Positions 8,977-20,200 are shown, numbered from the stretch's first letter. The stretch is DNA of 64,000 bases from Candidatus Woesearchaeota archaeon (GCA_964418095.1 CAYQKM010000001.1:4173-68172), one strand, 5' to 3'. The notes: generated from the sequence alone by a model not told the origin. Made by a program: numbers and translations.

Positions 8977-11175
8977 TTATTGGTTTTCAGCTAAGCCTTT
9001 TCTATCTCTTATCTTTCTTATAACATCCGCTTGTAATGCAGATGGTATTTTTTCAAACTGCTGATCAACTAAAGATGAAACCCCTCTTCCTTCAGTAGCA
9101 CTTCTTAAATCACTTGACCATCCAATCATTTCAGCGACAGGAATTTTAGCTTTTAATTGAGCTTGTCCAGCTTCTTGACTCATATCTAGAAGTTGTCCTC
9201 TTTTTCCACCAACAAGTTTTGTTCCAGAACCCATAAAGTTTTCAGGAACTTCAATTAAATGAATTTGCAAAGGTTCAAGAATAGTAGGATTTGCTTTTTT
9301 CATTGCCTCTGTTATTGCTTCTCTTACAGCAGGATAAACTTGAGCAGGTCCTCTATGGATAGCATCCTCGTGAAGTCTTATATCTCCTAATACAACTTTC
9401 ATACCCATGCAAGGTTCTCTTGCTAATGGCCCTTGATCCATTACCATTTCAAATGCATCTAAAACCATTTCAATTACTTCTCCAATATGAACCTCTCCTC
9501 GTGTTTCATCAAAAAACATGTTTCCTTTGTAAATATCTTTAACATTTCTAATCTCGTCACTGCCCCATCCTATTTTTGAAAGTGTGTTTACAACAGCCTC
9601 ACTCTTTTTCTTTACTCTTCCTTCTGGAAGCTCTCCACTCTCTATTAATTCAGATAGTGTACTATCAAGAGGTTCAACTCTAATATAGAAGCTATTATGT
9701 TTGTTTGGGCTTCTTCCTTCAAATGCTTGTCCTGAAGATTTTCCAACAGACTCTCTATAAACAACAATTGGATTTGACGTCTTAATATTTAATCCTTTTT
9801 CAGTCTTGATTCTATTTTCAATAATCTCTAAATGTAATTCACCCATACCAGAAATTAAACTCTCCCCAGTCTCTTCATTAATACTAACTTTAATTGAAGG
9901 GTCTTCTTTTGAAACTTTTCTTAAAATTTCAATAAGCTTTGGTAAGTCAGCTGTTTTTATAACTTCAATTGATTTTGTAATTACTGGTTGGAAAATATGT
10001 TTAATTTCTTCAAATGGTGTTTGCTCCTTTGTTGTGATTGTTTCACCCACATCAAGATTTAATCCACTAACAGCGAGGACATTACCCGCAGGAACACTTT
10101 CTAATTGTTCAGGCTTAATTCCATTATAAACTAAAACCTGTTGTATTTTTGCTGGTTGTTTTGCATTATTTGCATAAACATCCATTCCACTTCTAAGTGT
10201 TCCAGAATATATTCTCCCTGCAGAAATTTCTTTTCCTGAACGAGGGTCAATAACAATTCTTGTTATAACAAATCCAAGTTCTCCATTTTTATCACACTGA
10301 ACTAAGTTTTTCCCAAATTCACTATCTAATTCCCCTCTCCATATTTTAGGTATTCTATATGCTTGAGCCTCTACAGGATTAGGCAAATGTTTTATAGCCA
10401 TATCTAATATAACTTCATAAAGTGGAGCATTTTCCCAAACCCACTTATCTCTATCTTCTTTAGAAAGTGAGCCATCATATAATTGATAAATATCCTTAAA
10501 ACTTATTTTCTTCTTTACCATAAATGGAATAGACAGTGCCCAATTTTCTCTAGCAGAACCAAATGCAACACTTCCATCAGCAACATTTACTTTGAATTTT
10601 GAAGCAAATTCTTTTTCAGCAATTTGTTCAATTAATTGATTAAATTTTTCAATAATCTTTTTGAATCGGTCTTGCATTTGCTCAGGTGTAACTTGTAATT
10701 CATTGATTAGTCTATCAACTTTATTAATAAAAAGAACAGGTTTTACTCTTTCTTTAAGTGCTTGTCTAATAACTGTTTCTGTTTGAGGCATTATTCCTTC
10801 AACAGCACACACTAAAACAAATGTTCCATCAATAGCCCTCATAGCTCTTGTAACATTTCCACCAAAATCAACATGTCCTGGAGTGTCAATTAAATTTACT
10901 AAATACTCTTCACCTAAGTAATTATGAACCATAGATACATTCGCTGCATCAACAGTCATTAATCTTTCTTGCTCGTCAGAATGTTGCCAGGTTGCCATAC
11001 CCTCTTCTAAATCTCCTGCATTTTTTGCAGCCATCATTCCTGCTGCAGCTAAAAGATTATCTGTAAATGCTGTTTTTCCGTGGTGGATATGAGCACTTGT
11101 AGCTACATTTCTTATATTTTTTTGATTAGAAACTAATCTCCTAATCTTATCTAAACTTGATTCTTTTTCTGCCAT
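8977..11175 (-). CDS. fusA: Translation elongation factor EF-2
   Basis: DTPGHVDF, NKVD, GMGELHL, SPNKHN, diphthamide loop HEDAIHRGPAQ; variant P-loop AHIHHGKT. Confidence 0.97.
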   Translation of the reverse strand: MAEKESSLDKIRRLVSNQKNIRNVATSAHIHHGKTAFTDNLLAAAGMMAAKNAGDLEEGMATWQHSDEQERLMTVDAANVSMVHNYLGEEYLVNLIDTPGHVDFGGNVTRAMRAIDGTFVLVCAVEGIMPQTETVIRQALKERVKPVLFINKVDRLINELQVTPEQMQDRFKKIIEKFNQLIEQIAEKEFASKFKVNVADGSVAFGSARENWALSIPFMVKKKISFKDIYQLYDGSLSKEDRDKWVWENAPLYEVILDMAIKHLPNPVEAQAYRIPKIWRGELDSEFGKNLVQCDKNGELGFVITRIVIDPRSGKEISAGRIYSGTLRSGMDVYANNAKQPAKIQQVLVYNGIKPEQLESVPAGNVLAVSGLNLDVGETITTKEQTPFEEIKHIFQPVITKSIEVIKTADLPKLIEILRKVSKEDPSIKVSINEETGESLISGMGELHLEIIENRIKTEKGLNIKTSNPIVVYRESVGKSSGQAFEGRSPNKHNSFYIRVEPLDSTLSELIESGELPEGRVKKKSEAVVNTLSKIGWGSDEIRNVKDIYKGNMFFDETRGEVHIGEVIEMVLDAFEMVMDQGPLAREPCMGMKVVLGDIRLHEDAIHRGPAQVYPAVREAITEAMKKANPTILEPLQIHLIEVPENFMGSGTKLVGGKRGQLLDMSQEAGQAQLKAKIPVAEMIGWSSDLRSATEGRGVSSLVDQQFEKIPSALQADVIRKIRDRKGLAENQ

Positions 11176-11269
11176 TTTTTGTATGTTTTTTATTATTTTA
11201 GTTTGCTAATTATTAAACTTGATAAAAATAGTTTTTAAACTTTACCCAAATAATTTAATTTGTTTAAGC

Positions 11270-11878
11270 TTATCTAGCAGAATCAGCTTGAGCTTCAGAT
11301 TCTTTTCTTTTTCTTATTGCTAAACTCTCACCATTCTTATCTGCAGCCATAATTATTTCTTCTGCAAGTGTCTGAGCAATTGTTTTCTTTTTATTAAATG
11401 CTTTGTCAGATGCCCCATGAACTAAGTGTTTTAATGCTAAGTTAACTCTCCTTACAGGAGAAACATCTACTGCTTGAGGATATCTTGCCCCTCCATATTC
11501 TATAACTGTTGTTTCATCTCTTGGAGCAGAGTTTTCAACTGCTCTAACAAGAACTTCCACAGGATTTTTCCCTGTTTTATTCTCAATATTTTCAAGAACC
11601 TCTAAAATAATTTGCATGTTTTTAGTGTATTTTCCACTAGCACTTCCTTTTTCTAATCTATGCTTTTTACCTCTATGCCCACCAACAGAAAGCTTATTCG
11701 CTAATCTTTCTACAATATTTACTCTTGTTTGATTAAATTTTCCAACATCTCTCCCCTGATTTTTTAATAGTAATTTTGGTTTAAGATTTATAGAAGATTT
11801 TAATCCAGCATCATAGATTTCTATATTTGTAATATCATACTTGTCAAATATTTTAAAGTTTAATGCTTGTTCACTCAT
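11270..11878 (-). CDS. rps7: 30S ribosomal protein S7
   Basis: NPVEVLVRAVENSAPR, YGGARYPQAVDVSP. Confidence 0.96.
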   Translation of the reverse strand: MSEQALNFKIFDKYDITNIEIYDAGLKSSINLKPKLLLKNQGRDVGKFNQTRVNIVERLANKLSVGGHRGKKHRLEKGSASGKYTKNMQIILEVLENIENKTGKNPVEVLVRAVENSAPRDETTVIEYGGARYPQAVDVSPVRRVNLALKHLVHGASDKAFNKKKTIAQTLAEEIIMAADKNGESLAIRKRKESEAQADSAR

Positions 11879-12131
11879 TTTTATTTATTATTTTTTCTAA
11901 ATTCTGTTTAATTTTATTAAAGCTTGGGTGATAATTTATTATAGATAAAGTAGCTTCATCTGAATCTCCACAGCATCTTTGCAATACAAATCCGCTTGGT
12001 TTTCTACTGTTTGTGAGATAAAGTTTTCCATCTATTCCAAAAGGGTATCCAGGACGCAACTCTTTATGAGAACTTAAATATCTAATTACATCCTCATAAT
12101 GCGCTCCACTAAATTTTATTTGTTCACTCAT
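11871..12131 (-). CDS. Orphan 86-aa ORF inserted between rps12 and rps7
   Basis: ATG 1 nt after rps12 stop; stop overlaps rps7 start; flanked by a 15-bp direct repeat. Confidence 0.6.
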   Translation of the reverse strand: MSEQIKFSGAHYEDVIRYLSSHKELRPGYPFGIDGKLYLTNSRKPSGFVLQRCCGDSDEATLSIINYHPSFNKIKQNLEKIINKNE

Positions 12132-12132
12132 T

Positions 12133-12555
12133 TTATCTTCTACCTTTTTGTATTTTGCCAAGCCACAATCTTTCTAGTGGCTGATCATTTACTTTTATAA
12201 CAGAATATCTAACACCGGGAATGTCTCCTTTACTTCTTCCTTGCTTTCCACCTATCCTTTCTATCATTACTTCATCATGCTCATCAATAAATTTTTGAGC
12301 TAAATTCCCAGGGATAAATGCAGTAACAGTTCTTCCATTTTTAGTAAGCTGAACTTTGCAACACTTTCTCATAGCAGAGTTTGGCTGTTTAGCTTCTTTT
12401 TGAACTTTAGAAAGAACAATCCCTTTAGCTTGATTAGCCCCCTCGAGAGGATCAGATTTAGCATAAAGATTTAGAGTTCTCACTTTGAATTTTCTATCTT
12501 TCCATCTGAATTTCTTTCTATCTTTCTTTTTTTTAAATGCGTTTTTTAGTCCCAT
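12133..12555 (-). CDS. rps12: 30S ribosomal protein S12
   Basis: [17 protein letters not shown]. Confidence 0.97.
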   Translation of the reverse strand: MGLKNAFKKKKDRKKFRWKDRKFKVRTLNLYAKSDPLEGANQAKGIVLSKVQKEAKQPNSAMRKCCKVQLTKNGRTVTAFIPGNLAQKFIDEHDEVMIERIGGKQGRSKGDIPGVRYSVIKVNDQPLERLWLGKIQKGRR

Positions 12556-12583
12556 TTGAATATTTCAGTTATCTATTAATTAC

Positions 12584-12609
12584 AAAATTAGTTTAAAAGC
12601 TCTTCGGTT
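12584..12609 (-). promoter_or_regulatory. BRE-TATA promoter of rps12
   Basis: AACCGAAGAGCTTTTAAACTAATTTT, 25/26 identical to 51907-51932. Confidence 0.75.
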
Positions 12610-12610
12610 T

Positions 12611-12946
12611 TTATTTTGAAAAGATTTTAAACAAGTTATTCTTTTGTCCTCTCTCAAATCCCTCTCTGGCTCTTTGATAGTGTCCTTTCATAATTTTAAA
12701 ATGAAACTCTCTTTCCCCAGGATTCCAAACAGTTGGGATGTAATTTATAACCTTTTCTTCTAAATATAATCTTTGATAATTATTAAGGTCAAATGCTTTG
12801 ATAGATTTATCCAATTTAATAGATTCAAGGTTTTTTACAAGATTCCCATCTACTTCTTCAATAAGATACTTAGCAAATCTCCTTATTCTTCTTTTTGATC
12901 CAGTTATTTTAATTTTTTCTCTTTTTTCATCTATATAGTATTTCAT
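12611..12946 (-). CDS. Hypothetical protein between nusA and rps12
   Basis: 111-aa ORF starting 5 nt after nusA stop. Confidence 0.55.
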   Translation of the reverse strand: MKYYIDEKREKIKITGSKRRIRRFAKYLIEEVDGNLVKNLESIKLDKSIKAFDLNNYQRLYLEEKVINYIPTVWNPGEREFHFKIMKGHYQRAREGFERGQKNNLFKIFSK

Positions 12947-12951
12947 TTTCT

Positions 12952-13368
12952 TTAAATTATCCTGAAATTTTTTTTAAAAAAATCTTTAGTTATTCTTTGC
13001 ATCTCAATTAATCTTCTTTTTTCTCTGCCAATTAATGCAGCCTTGCTTTGAGTTCCAGCATTAAGAATTATTTCATCTTCTAAAATCTCTAAATCTTTAA
13101 ATGTGACTGGGCTTACAACAAGCTCAATGAATTTTTTAATGTCCTCAGAGTTTCTAGGTATCGCAATAACCTTCACTCTTTTTTTAATTATCTCGTTTAT
13201 TCTTCTCAAATTTTTAGCTTCAGGTCCAATTGCCTTTGAGACAAATTCTTTTGGGACACAAAAAATTATTGTGTTATTATATTCAAAACAGTAATGTGTT
13301 CTTAGGTTTGTAACTTTTTCAAAAAGTTTTAGGTATCTCAAGTCCTTCATATCTAGTGTGTTAACCAT
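12952..13368 (-). CDS. nusA: Archaeal NusA (two KH domains)
   Basis: Degenerate KH motifs KAIGPEAKN and ALIGREKRR; position after rpoA; ATG 13368 about 25 bp below TATA. Confidence 0.85.
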   Translation of the reverse strand: MVNTLDMKDLRYLKLFEKVTNLRTHYCFEYNNTIIFCVPKEFVSKAIGPEAKNLRRINEIIKKRVKVIAIPRNSEDIKKFIELVVSPVTFKDLEILEDEIILNAGTQSKAALIGREKRRLIEMQRITKDFFKKNFRII

Positions 13369-13412
13369 TTTTATTAAATAAGAAGTGGTTTTATAAATCT
13401 GTCGATAATAAC

Positions 13413-13745
13413 TCACTGTTTAATTACTTCATACTCTATATTTTTACTTCCTGAAACATATGGAAATATCTCTTCTGCAAATTTTTTACTAAATGGAATG
13501 TCAAAATATTTTGTAAGAATATATTCTAGTTTTTTAGGAGTGTTGGGAGTTCCAAGTTTTTCAAAAATTTCAGAAACATATAAGCAGGCGTCATTAAAAT
13601 CTTTACTTTGTGTTTGCACTTCTTTCATCCCCATCCAAAGAGTTCTAGCTAATCTATCTTCAAATATTTCTTTAATCTTATAGTCTACACCCTCTTCAAG
13701 AGGATTAAAATCTAATTTGACTGGATTTTTAATATATTCTTCCAT
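13413..13745 (-). CDS. Hypothetical protein at the usual rpl30e position
   Basis: 110-aa ORF from ATG 13745 with own TATA; no L30e similarity seen. Confidence 0.55.
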   Translation of the reverse strand: MEEYIKNPVKLDFNPLEEGVDYKIKEIFEDRLARTLWMGMKEVQTQSKDFNDACLYVSEIFEKLGTPNTPKKLEYILTKYFDIPFSKKFAEEIFPYVSGSKNIEYEVIKQ

Positions 13746-13794
13746 GATTGTTAAATACTGTTGATATTTATAAAAATTTATATTTTTTAAAGGA

Positions 13795-16700
13795 TTATTT
13801 ATTAACTTTCTCAACAACCTTTGAATCTGCTGTTTTCTTTTCAGATTCTTTCTTTGTTAACGGCCCAATTACTTTAACAAGTAATCCAGGTAATCCTGTT
13901 CCAACTGGTACAGGCTGATTTAAGATTATGTTTTCTATTACACTTGATAATTTGTCTTTTCCACCTTTCAATGTTGCTTTAACAAACTGTGGAACAGGTG
14001 TTTCAAATGTTGCCCTTGCAAGTATAGAAGATTTCTGAGCAATAATTCCCATTCTTGTAACCCCTTTAATTTCCCCTGAATTAGTCATAGCATCTGAAAC
14101 TAATTTTAAGTGCCTAATATCAATATCTAATCCCTGAGTTTTAAGAACCTCAGTTATTTCATTCATTAACAATTCCCTTGCAACTTCTATTCCGTATATT
14201 TCTGCAACTTCATAGAAATCATTAGAGATAGTTTTTTCTGGGTTAACTTCTTTCATTAAAATAATCTCTTTAAGATTTGTTCCTAGGCTTGTTATAACAA
14301 AGTTATTATCTCTCTTCACTACAAGGATTTGCTGAATTCCTTTAACTCCTGAAATTATTGATTCTTTAAGTTTTTCCTTTAACTTATACAAATCTCTAAA
14401 TCCGGTTTTATCATCGGCACTAAGAGAAATAGAGTCTTGTTTTTCTTTAACCTTAAATCCTTGCTTATTTAATATCTCACTTATCCTTTTAATATTTGTA
14501 TGAGTGTATTTTAATCCTTCTTTATCTATTTTCACCTCTATTTTTTTCTCTACAAAGTCAAGATTTATTTCTGAAGCAATTTCTTTAAGTCTAACTTCTT
14601 TTATTTTTTCAGCAACAAATCTAGCTCCTTCTTCATTATTATATTCTTTATTCAGATAAATTTCCATTTTTGGAGAAGAAGGCTTTTTTCTAGCATCAAA
14701 GATTTCAATTAATCTTGGCAATCCTGTTGTAACCTGCATTTCAGATACACCTGCCATATGGAATGTCCTTAATACCATCTGTGTTGATGCTTCACCAAAG
14801 GATTGCGCAGTTACTATTCCAATAGCTTCACCAGAATCTAATTTTTCTTTAAGATGTAATTTAGTAATATCAATTCCATCGTCTCCATATTTAAATTCTA
14901 TAATATTATTATTGCTGTCTCTTACTGTTTCATCATATTCAACTCTTAAATCTTGAAGAGCGTTAGCCAATCTTCTATATAAGTAACCAGATTTAGGAGT
15001 TCTTAACCCAGTATCCATAAGAGAGTCTCTTCCTGTAATTGCCTGGAAGAAAAATTCATCTGGCCTCAATCCTTTTATGAATGGGTTCTCAATAAATCCT
15101 CTTGCCTTAGGAGATAAATCTCCTTTTTTAAAGAAAGACAATGTTCTATCATTATATCCAAAATCAACTCTTCTATTTCCAAGAGCTTGCTGTCCAACAC
15201 ACGATGCCATCTGAGTAATATTTAAAATATTTCCACCCCCTCCTGACTTAATCATATTACTTACAGGGTTTTCAGAAGGAAATTCTTTTTTTACTATTTC
15301 ACTGATTCTTGTTCTTACTTCATTAAGTGTTTGAAGTATTCTTATTTCTCTTGATTCTTCTTTTGTTTTTCCTGGAATCAGTTCTAAAGTTCCATTACTA
15401 TCTGCTTCAATTATATCTTGTGCTTTCTTCTGGGCTTTCTTTATAACTTCATCACACTGTTTAAGTATACTTTCACTTAAATCTAAATCATTAACAGAGA
15501 TAGTAATTCCTCTTTCACTTAAATAATTCTTTCCAAGGTTAAATGCTTTTTTTATTATCTTAAATGCTTCTTCTCTTCCTATTGACTTATCAAGGACTTT
15601 AACTAATTCTCCATCTTCACTTCCAAATGCTGTTTTATCTATTACACCTTTCACAATCTCTCCATCTTTAATTGTTATTGACTCATTTGAGAAATTAAAT
15701 TTTGGTAAAATCTTTGAAAATACTTCTGCTCCTGAAACAGTTTTTTTAGTTATTTGAGCATCAACTTCTGAATTAAATAATAATTGATTAGCATAGTCAG
15801 ATGAAACTTCATCTAATCCCATTAAATAGTTGCCAGTTATTGCATCCCCTATGCACCCTATTAAACTTGTATTATTTTTAGGAGAAATCAAATTTCTCTT
15901 TACATCGAGTATCATCTTTGCTTCTGCTCTTGCTTCTTCATTTTGTGGAGAGTGTATATTCATTTCATCACCATCAAAATCAGCATTATATGGGGCAGCT
16001 GCAGCAGGATGCAACCTAAATGTTCTCCCTGGCAAAACTCTTACAAAATGAGCCATTAAACTTCCTCTGTGAAGACTTGGATGCCTATTAAATAACACAA
16101 TATCTCCGTCTTGAAGATGTCTTTCAACTTGATACCCAGGAACAAGCTCATTAATTATCTCTTCTTTTAATTCATTTGTTATTTTCTTTCTTTTACCATC
16201 AGTTCTTATAACATAACTTGCACCAGGATATTCTTCTCCTTTTTGTATTAATTTTTTTAATTTTTCAATATTTAAATCATTAACAGTCTCTGCAACAGTT
16301 ACAATTCTTGCAATTTCAAAAGGCACTCCTACTTCATTTATGTCTATATCTGTATCAGGAGAGATGACTGTTCTGCCAGAATAATTAACTCTCTTTCCTG
16401 CAATGTTTTTTCTTATTCTTCCTTCTTTACCTTTAATTCTTTCAGTAATTGTTTTTAAAGGTTGTCCACTCCTATGCCTTGCAGGAGGGATTCTTGTTAC
16501 AGTATTATCAAAAAATGTTGTAATATGAAATTGCAATAAATCCCATAAATCTTCTATAATAACTTCAGGAGCACCCGCATTAAGATTCTCCCATAATCTC
16601 TGGTTTGCTCTTATTATGTCAGAAAGTTTATGTGTTAAATCATCTTCACTTCTTTCACCTGTTTCAAGGATAATTGAAGGTCTTACAGTAACAGGAGGAA

Positions 16701-17286
16701 CTAAAAGAGAAGTTAAAATTGCCCACTCAGGTCTGCAAGCAGATGGATTAACTCCAATCTTTTTTAATTCTTCATCAGGTATCTTAGTTAATAATTCTCT
16801 TATTTCAATAGGGAATATTCTTGTTTTCCCTCTATAAAATGTTGTAGGCTTATCAAGTCTTACTCTCTCTTGAGGAGCTTGACAGTAAGGACATTTTTTA
16901 GCATCTTTAGCTTTTTTAGCTCTTTGACTAGGAGTGTATTTCTCTAAATCTTTTTCACTTATCATTAATTTTCCACACTGATCGCAAAAACATCTTAAGC
17001 CCATTTCAATTAGTGGAACATATTTAAGATGAACAGCAGGTCTTGCTAAATCAATGCTTCCAGAATGCCCTAAACACTCTTTTATTCTTCCACCACAAGT
17101 TCTGCATCTCACTCCTGGATCAACTGTTCCAAGTCTTAAATCCATTAAGCCTCCATCAACAGGATACCCATCAATATCATATAACTCAGGTGTAACTATT
17201 TTTGCACAAGAAAGTTTCTTGATATGTTCAGGACCAAATAAGCTAAACTTCATTTCTCCTATTTTCTTTTTTACTATTTTTGCCAT
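13795..17286 (-). CDS. rpoA: RNA polymerase subunit A, fused A'+A'' (Rpo1)
   Basis: Zn motifs CRTC..C.GH, catalytic NADFDGD, bridge helix TPKSGYLYRRL, then A'' motifs AQSFGEASTQM.LRTFH, GLPRLIE, ARATFE in one ORF. Confidence 0.97.
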   Translation of the reverse strand: MAKIVKKKIGEMKFSLFGPEHIKKLSCAKIVTPELYDIDGYPVDGGLMDLRLGTVDPGVRCRTCGGRIKECLGHSGSIDLARPAVHLKYVPLIEMGLRCFCDQCGKLMISEKDLEKYTPSQRAKKAKDAKKCPYCQAPQERVRLDKPTTFYRGKTRIFPIEIRELLTKIPDEELKKIGVNPSACRPEWAILTSLLVPPVTVRPSIILETGERSEDDLTHKLSDIIRANQRLWENLNAGAPEVIIEDLWDLLQFHITTFFDNTVTRIPPARHRSGQPLKTITERIKGKEGRIRKNIAGKRVNYSGRTVISPDTDIDINEVGVPFEIARIVTVAETVNDLNIEKLKKLIQKGEEYPGASYVIRTDGKRKKITNELKEEIINELVPGYQVERHLQDGDIVLFNRHPSLHRGSLMAHFVRVLPGRTFRLHPAAAAPYNADFDGDEMNIHSPQNEEARAEAKMILDVKRNLISPKNNTSLIGCIGDAITGNYLMGLDEVSSDYANQLLFNSEVDAQITKKTVSGAEVFSKILPKFNFSNESITIKDGEIVKGVIDKTAFGSEDGELVKVLDKSIGREEAFKIIKKAFNLGKNYLSERGITISVNDLDLSESILKQCDEVIKKAQKKAQDIIEADSNGTLELIPGKTKEESREIRILQTLNEVRTRISEIVKKEFPSENPVSNMIKSGGGGNILNITQMASCVGQQALGNRRVDFGYNDRTLSFFKKGDLSPKARGFIENPFIKGLRPDEFFFQAITGRDSLMDTGLRTPKSGYLYRRLANALQDLRVEYDETVRDSNNNIIEFKYGDDGIDITKLHLKEKLDSGEAIGIVTAQSFGEASTQMVLRTFHMAGVSEMQVTTGLPRLIEIFDARKKPSSPKMEIYLNKEYNNEEGARFVAEKIKEVRLKEIASEINLDFVEKKIEVKIDKEGLKYTHTNIKRISEILNKQGFKVKEKQDSISLSADDKTGFRDLYKLKEKLKESIISGVKGIQQILVVKRDNNFVITSLGTNLKEIILMKEVNPEKTISNDFYEVAEIYGIEVARELLMNEITEVLKTQGLDIDIRHLKLVSDAMTNSGEIKGVTRMGIIAQKSSILARATFETPVPQFVKATLKGGKDKLSSVIENIILNQPVPVGTGLPGLLVKVIGPLTKKESEKKTADSKVVEKVNK

Positions 17287-17297
17287 CTTATTTGTTT

Positions 17298-20200
17298 TTA
17301 TTCGTATTTATTTTTTAAATCAAATGTGGTGTTTATATGAAGCCCCTCCAATTCTCCTAAAAGAAGTTTAAATGCATATGACACTTCAACTGGTTCAACT
17401 TCTTCACTTCCACACATAGGGCAGTATGTTTTTCCTCTTATGCTATCATCAATTGCAATTGTTCCACATTTAGTACAGATTGGTAAAACTACTTTATCTG
17501 AATCATATCTTTCTTTCAATAACAGTGATGCTCCATGCGCTACCAATGCTTGTTGCTCCATTTCTCCTAATCTCAATGCTCCTCCTCTCGCTCTTCCTTC
17601 AATTGGTTGTCTTGTAAGAAGTGCAACTTTTCCTGAAGCTCTTCCATGAATCTTATTTCCTACCATATATTTTAATTTTAAGTAATATAAATCTCCAACA
17701 AATATTTTTGAGATAATTCTTTTTCCTGTAACTCCATCATACATTGTCTCTTTACCATCAAATCTAAATCCCATGCTTTCAAGCTGCTCTTCTAACTCTT
17801 TTTTACTCATTCCAGAGAAAGAAGTTCCATCAACTATTTCTCCTCTTAAAGAACCTACTTTACCTGCAAGCAACTCTAATAAATATCCAACAGTCATTCT
17901 CGATGGTAATCCATGAGGATTAAAAATCACATCTGGTTTTATTCCTCTAGAAGTAAAGGGTACATCTTCTTCAGGAAGTATCATTCCAACAACTCCTTTC
18001 TGCCCGTGTGCTGTTGCAAATTTATCTCCAAGCTCAGGTATTCTTTGATCTCTTGTTTTAACTTGAACTATTTTATTGCCTTCACAATCTTCTGTAATAA
18101 ACACTGATTCAACAATCCCTTTTTCTTCTTGTCTCATAGAAACACTAGATTCTTTTTTTGTTCTTATTGAGATTTCTCTTGCTTCAGATAAGAACTTTGG
18201 AGGAGACATCTTACCTATCATTACTTCTCCTTCATTAACTTCTGCTTCAGGTGAGATTATTCCATCATCTTCTAAATGATTATAACTTGATTCCATCTTA
18301 TATCCTGAAGAATCTTTTTCAGGCATAGCAATCTCATCTTTTAATCCTCCTGCATAATTCATTTCTATTGCAGAATATGGTCTAAAGTAAAAGCTTCTTC
18401 CAAGCCCTCTATCTAAGCTTCCTTTATTTAAAATTAAAGCGTCTTCCATATTGTATCCTTCATAAGTCATTATAGCAACAACAAGATTTTGTCCTGCTGG
18501 ATAAGTATCTAAAGTATTGTAAACAAAGCTTCTAACTATTGGTCTTTGTGGATATTGCAATATACTTACATCAGTATCTAATCTACACAAATAATTTGCA
18601 GAATATAATCCTAGTGCCTGTTTTTGTGTTTTTGAACCTCTGTTTAATCTTGAACTCTGATTATGATTTCCATACGGAACAAGACTTGTAACTGTTCCAA
18701 ATAGTGAAACAGGGTCAATTTCTAAATGTGTGTGCTCAGAAGTTAATTCTCCTTCACTTAATGAAACAAGAGCATTTTCTTCTTCAGCAGCGTCTATATA
18801 TTCTATTATTCCTTTTTGAAGCAATCCTTTCCAACCCAGTTCTCCTTGTTCTATCTGAATCAAATGTTCAGCTTTAAGTTTAGAGACACCATTCTCAACA
18901 ATAATTAGAGGCCTTAAAACTCTTCCAGATTCAGTTGAAATATAAATTGTTTTTATTCCCTCATCTTCTCTAAAACTCATTTCAAGTGGAAGTTGATTTT
19001 CCCTCCTCTTTTCTCTCATTTGTTGAACAAATTTGTTTCCGTCATCAATCACTCCAATAAACATACCATTAAAGAAAACATCATAATTTCCAACACCTTC
19101 AGGATTAAGTCCTAATGCTTCTAAATCTTTTGCAAATTTGAGCTTATCAAAGTCTACTCTTGTTGAAACTTTTGCAAGTATAGCTAAATTTTTTCTTAAA
19201 CCGATTTCTGTTCCTTCTGGGGTTTCAATAGGGCAAAATCTCCCATAATGGGTTGGATGTAATGTTCTTGCTAAAAAGTTTTCCTGATCTCCAGGGAGCA
19301 TGCTTGAAACTCTTTGCAGCTGAGAGATTGTTGCTAGGTAATTTGTCTTATCAATATTTTGAGTTATTCCTGAACGTTCTCCTGTCCAAGAACCAGTTGC
19401 AATTGCAGACTCAACTCTATGAGAAAATAAAGTAGATTTAGCCAATACTTTTATTGAAAAGTATTTTTTTCTTTTAGCAGATTTTTGCAAAGAGTATTGT
19501 AAATCTCTAACCAATATACCTAAATTAACTCTAAATAATGTAGCAAGTAAATCACCTGAAAGTCTTACTCTTTTATTTGCATAATGATCTTTATCTGTTC
19601 TTAGTTTAGGGTTTTCTTTAGCAATTAAAAATTGTTTAATGAATTTGCAGAGTGTTATTGCTTTCTTCATTCTATCTTCTTTCTTTTGTCCAATGTGCGG
19701 AAATAAATATGAATCTATTCTTTGTTTAACTCTATCTAAAATTTCTTTTTTAGTTCCTTGAAGATTTGTTTTTTCAGCAATAAACATCATAGCATCTTCT
19801 TTCTCAACTATGCTTGAATATTCATATAAATTAACAATTACACTGTCTGTCTCCTTTCCAATGTATTTTGCAATATCAGATTCTTTTGTTAATCCAAGTG
19901 CTTTAAGTAATATAACAGCAGGGATATCTTTAAACCTGCTAAAGGAAACATTAATTATACTTTCTTTATTTTCAGTTATTGTAACCGGTATTTTGTAAGT
20001 TCCTTTTAATGAAAATAATTTAAGTGTTAAATCTCCTTTTTTATTATTCTCGATAAATGGTTGGTTTTCAGCTAAATCCTCAGCCATTATCATTACCCTC
20101 TCATTTCCTTTTATTATAAAATATCCTCCTGGGTCTAAAGGGTCATTATAATTAGTGATTAGTTCTTCTTTAGACATTCCTGAAGTATTGCATTTTTTAC

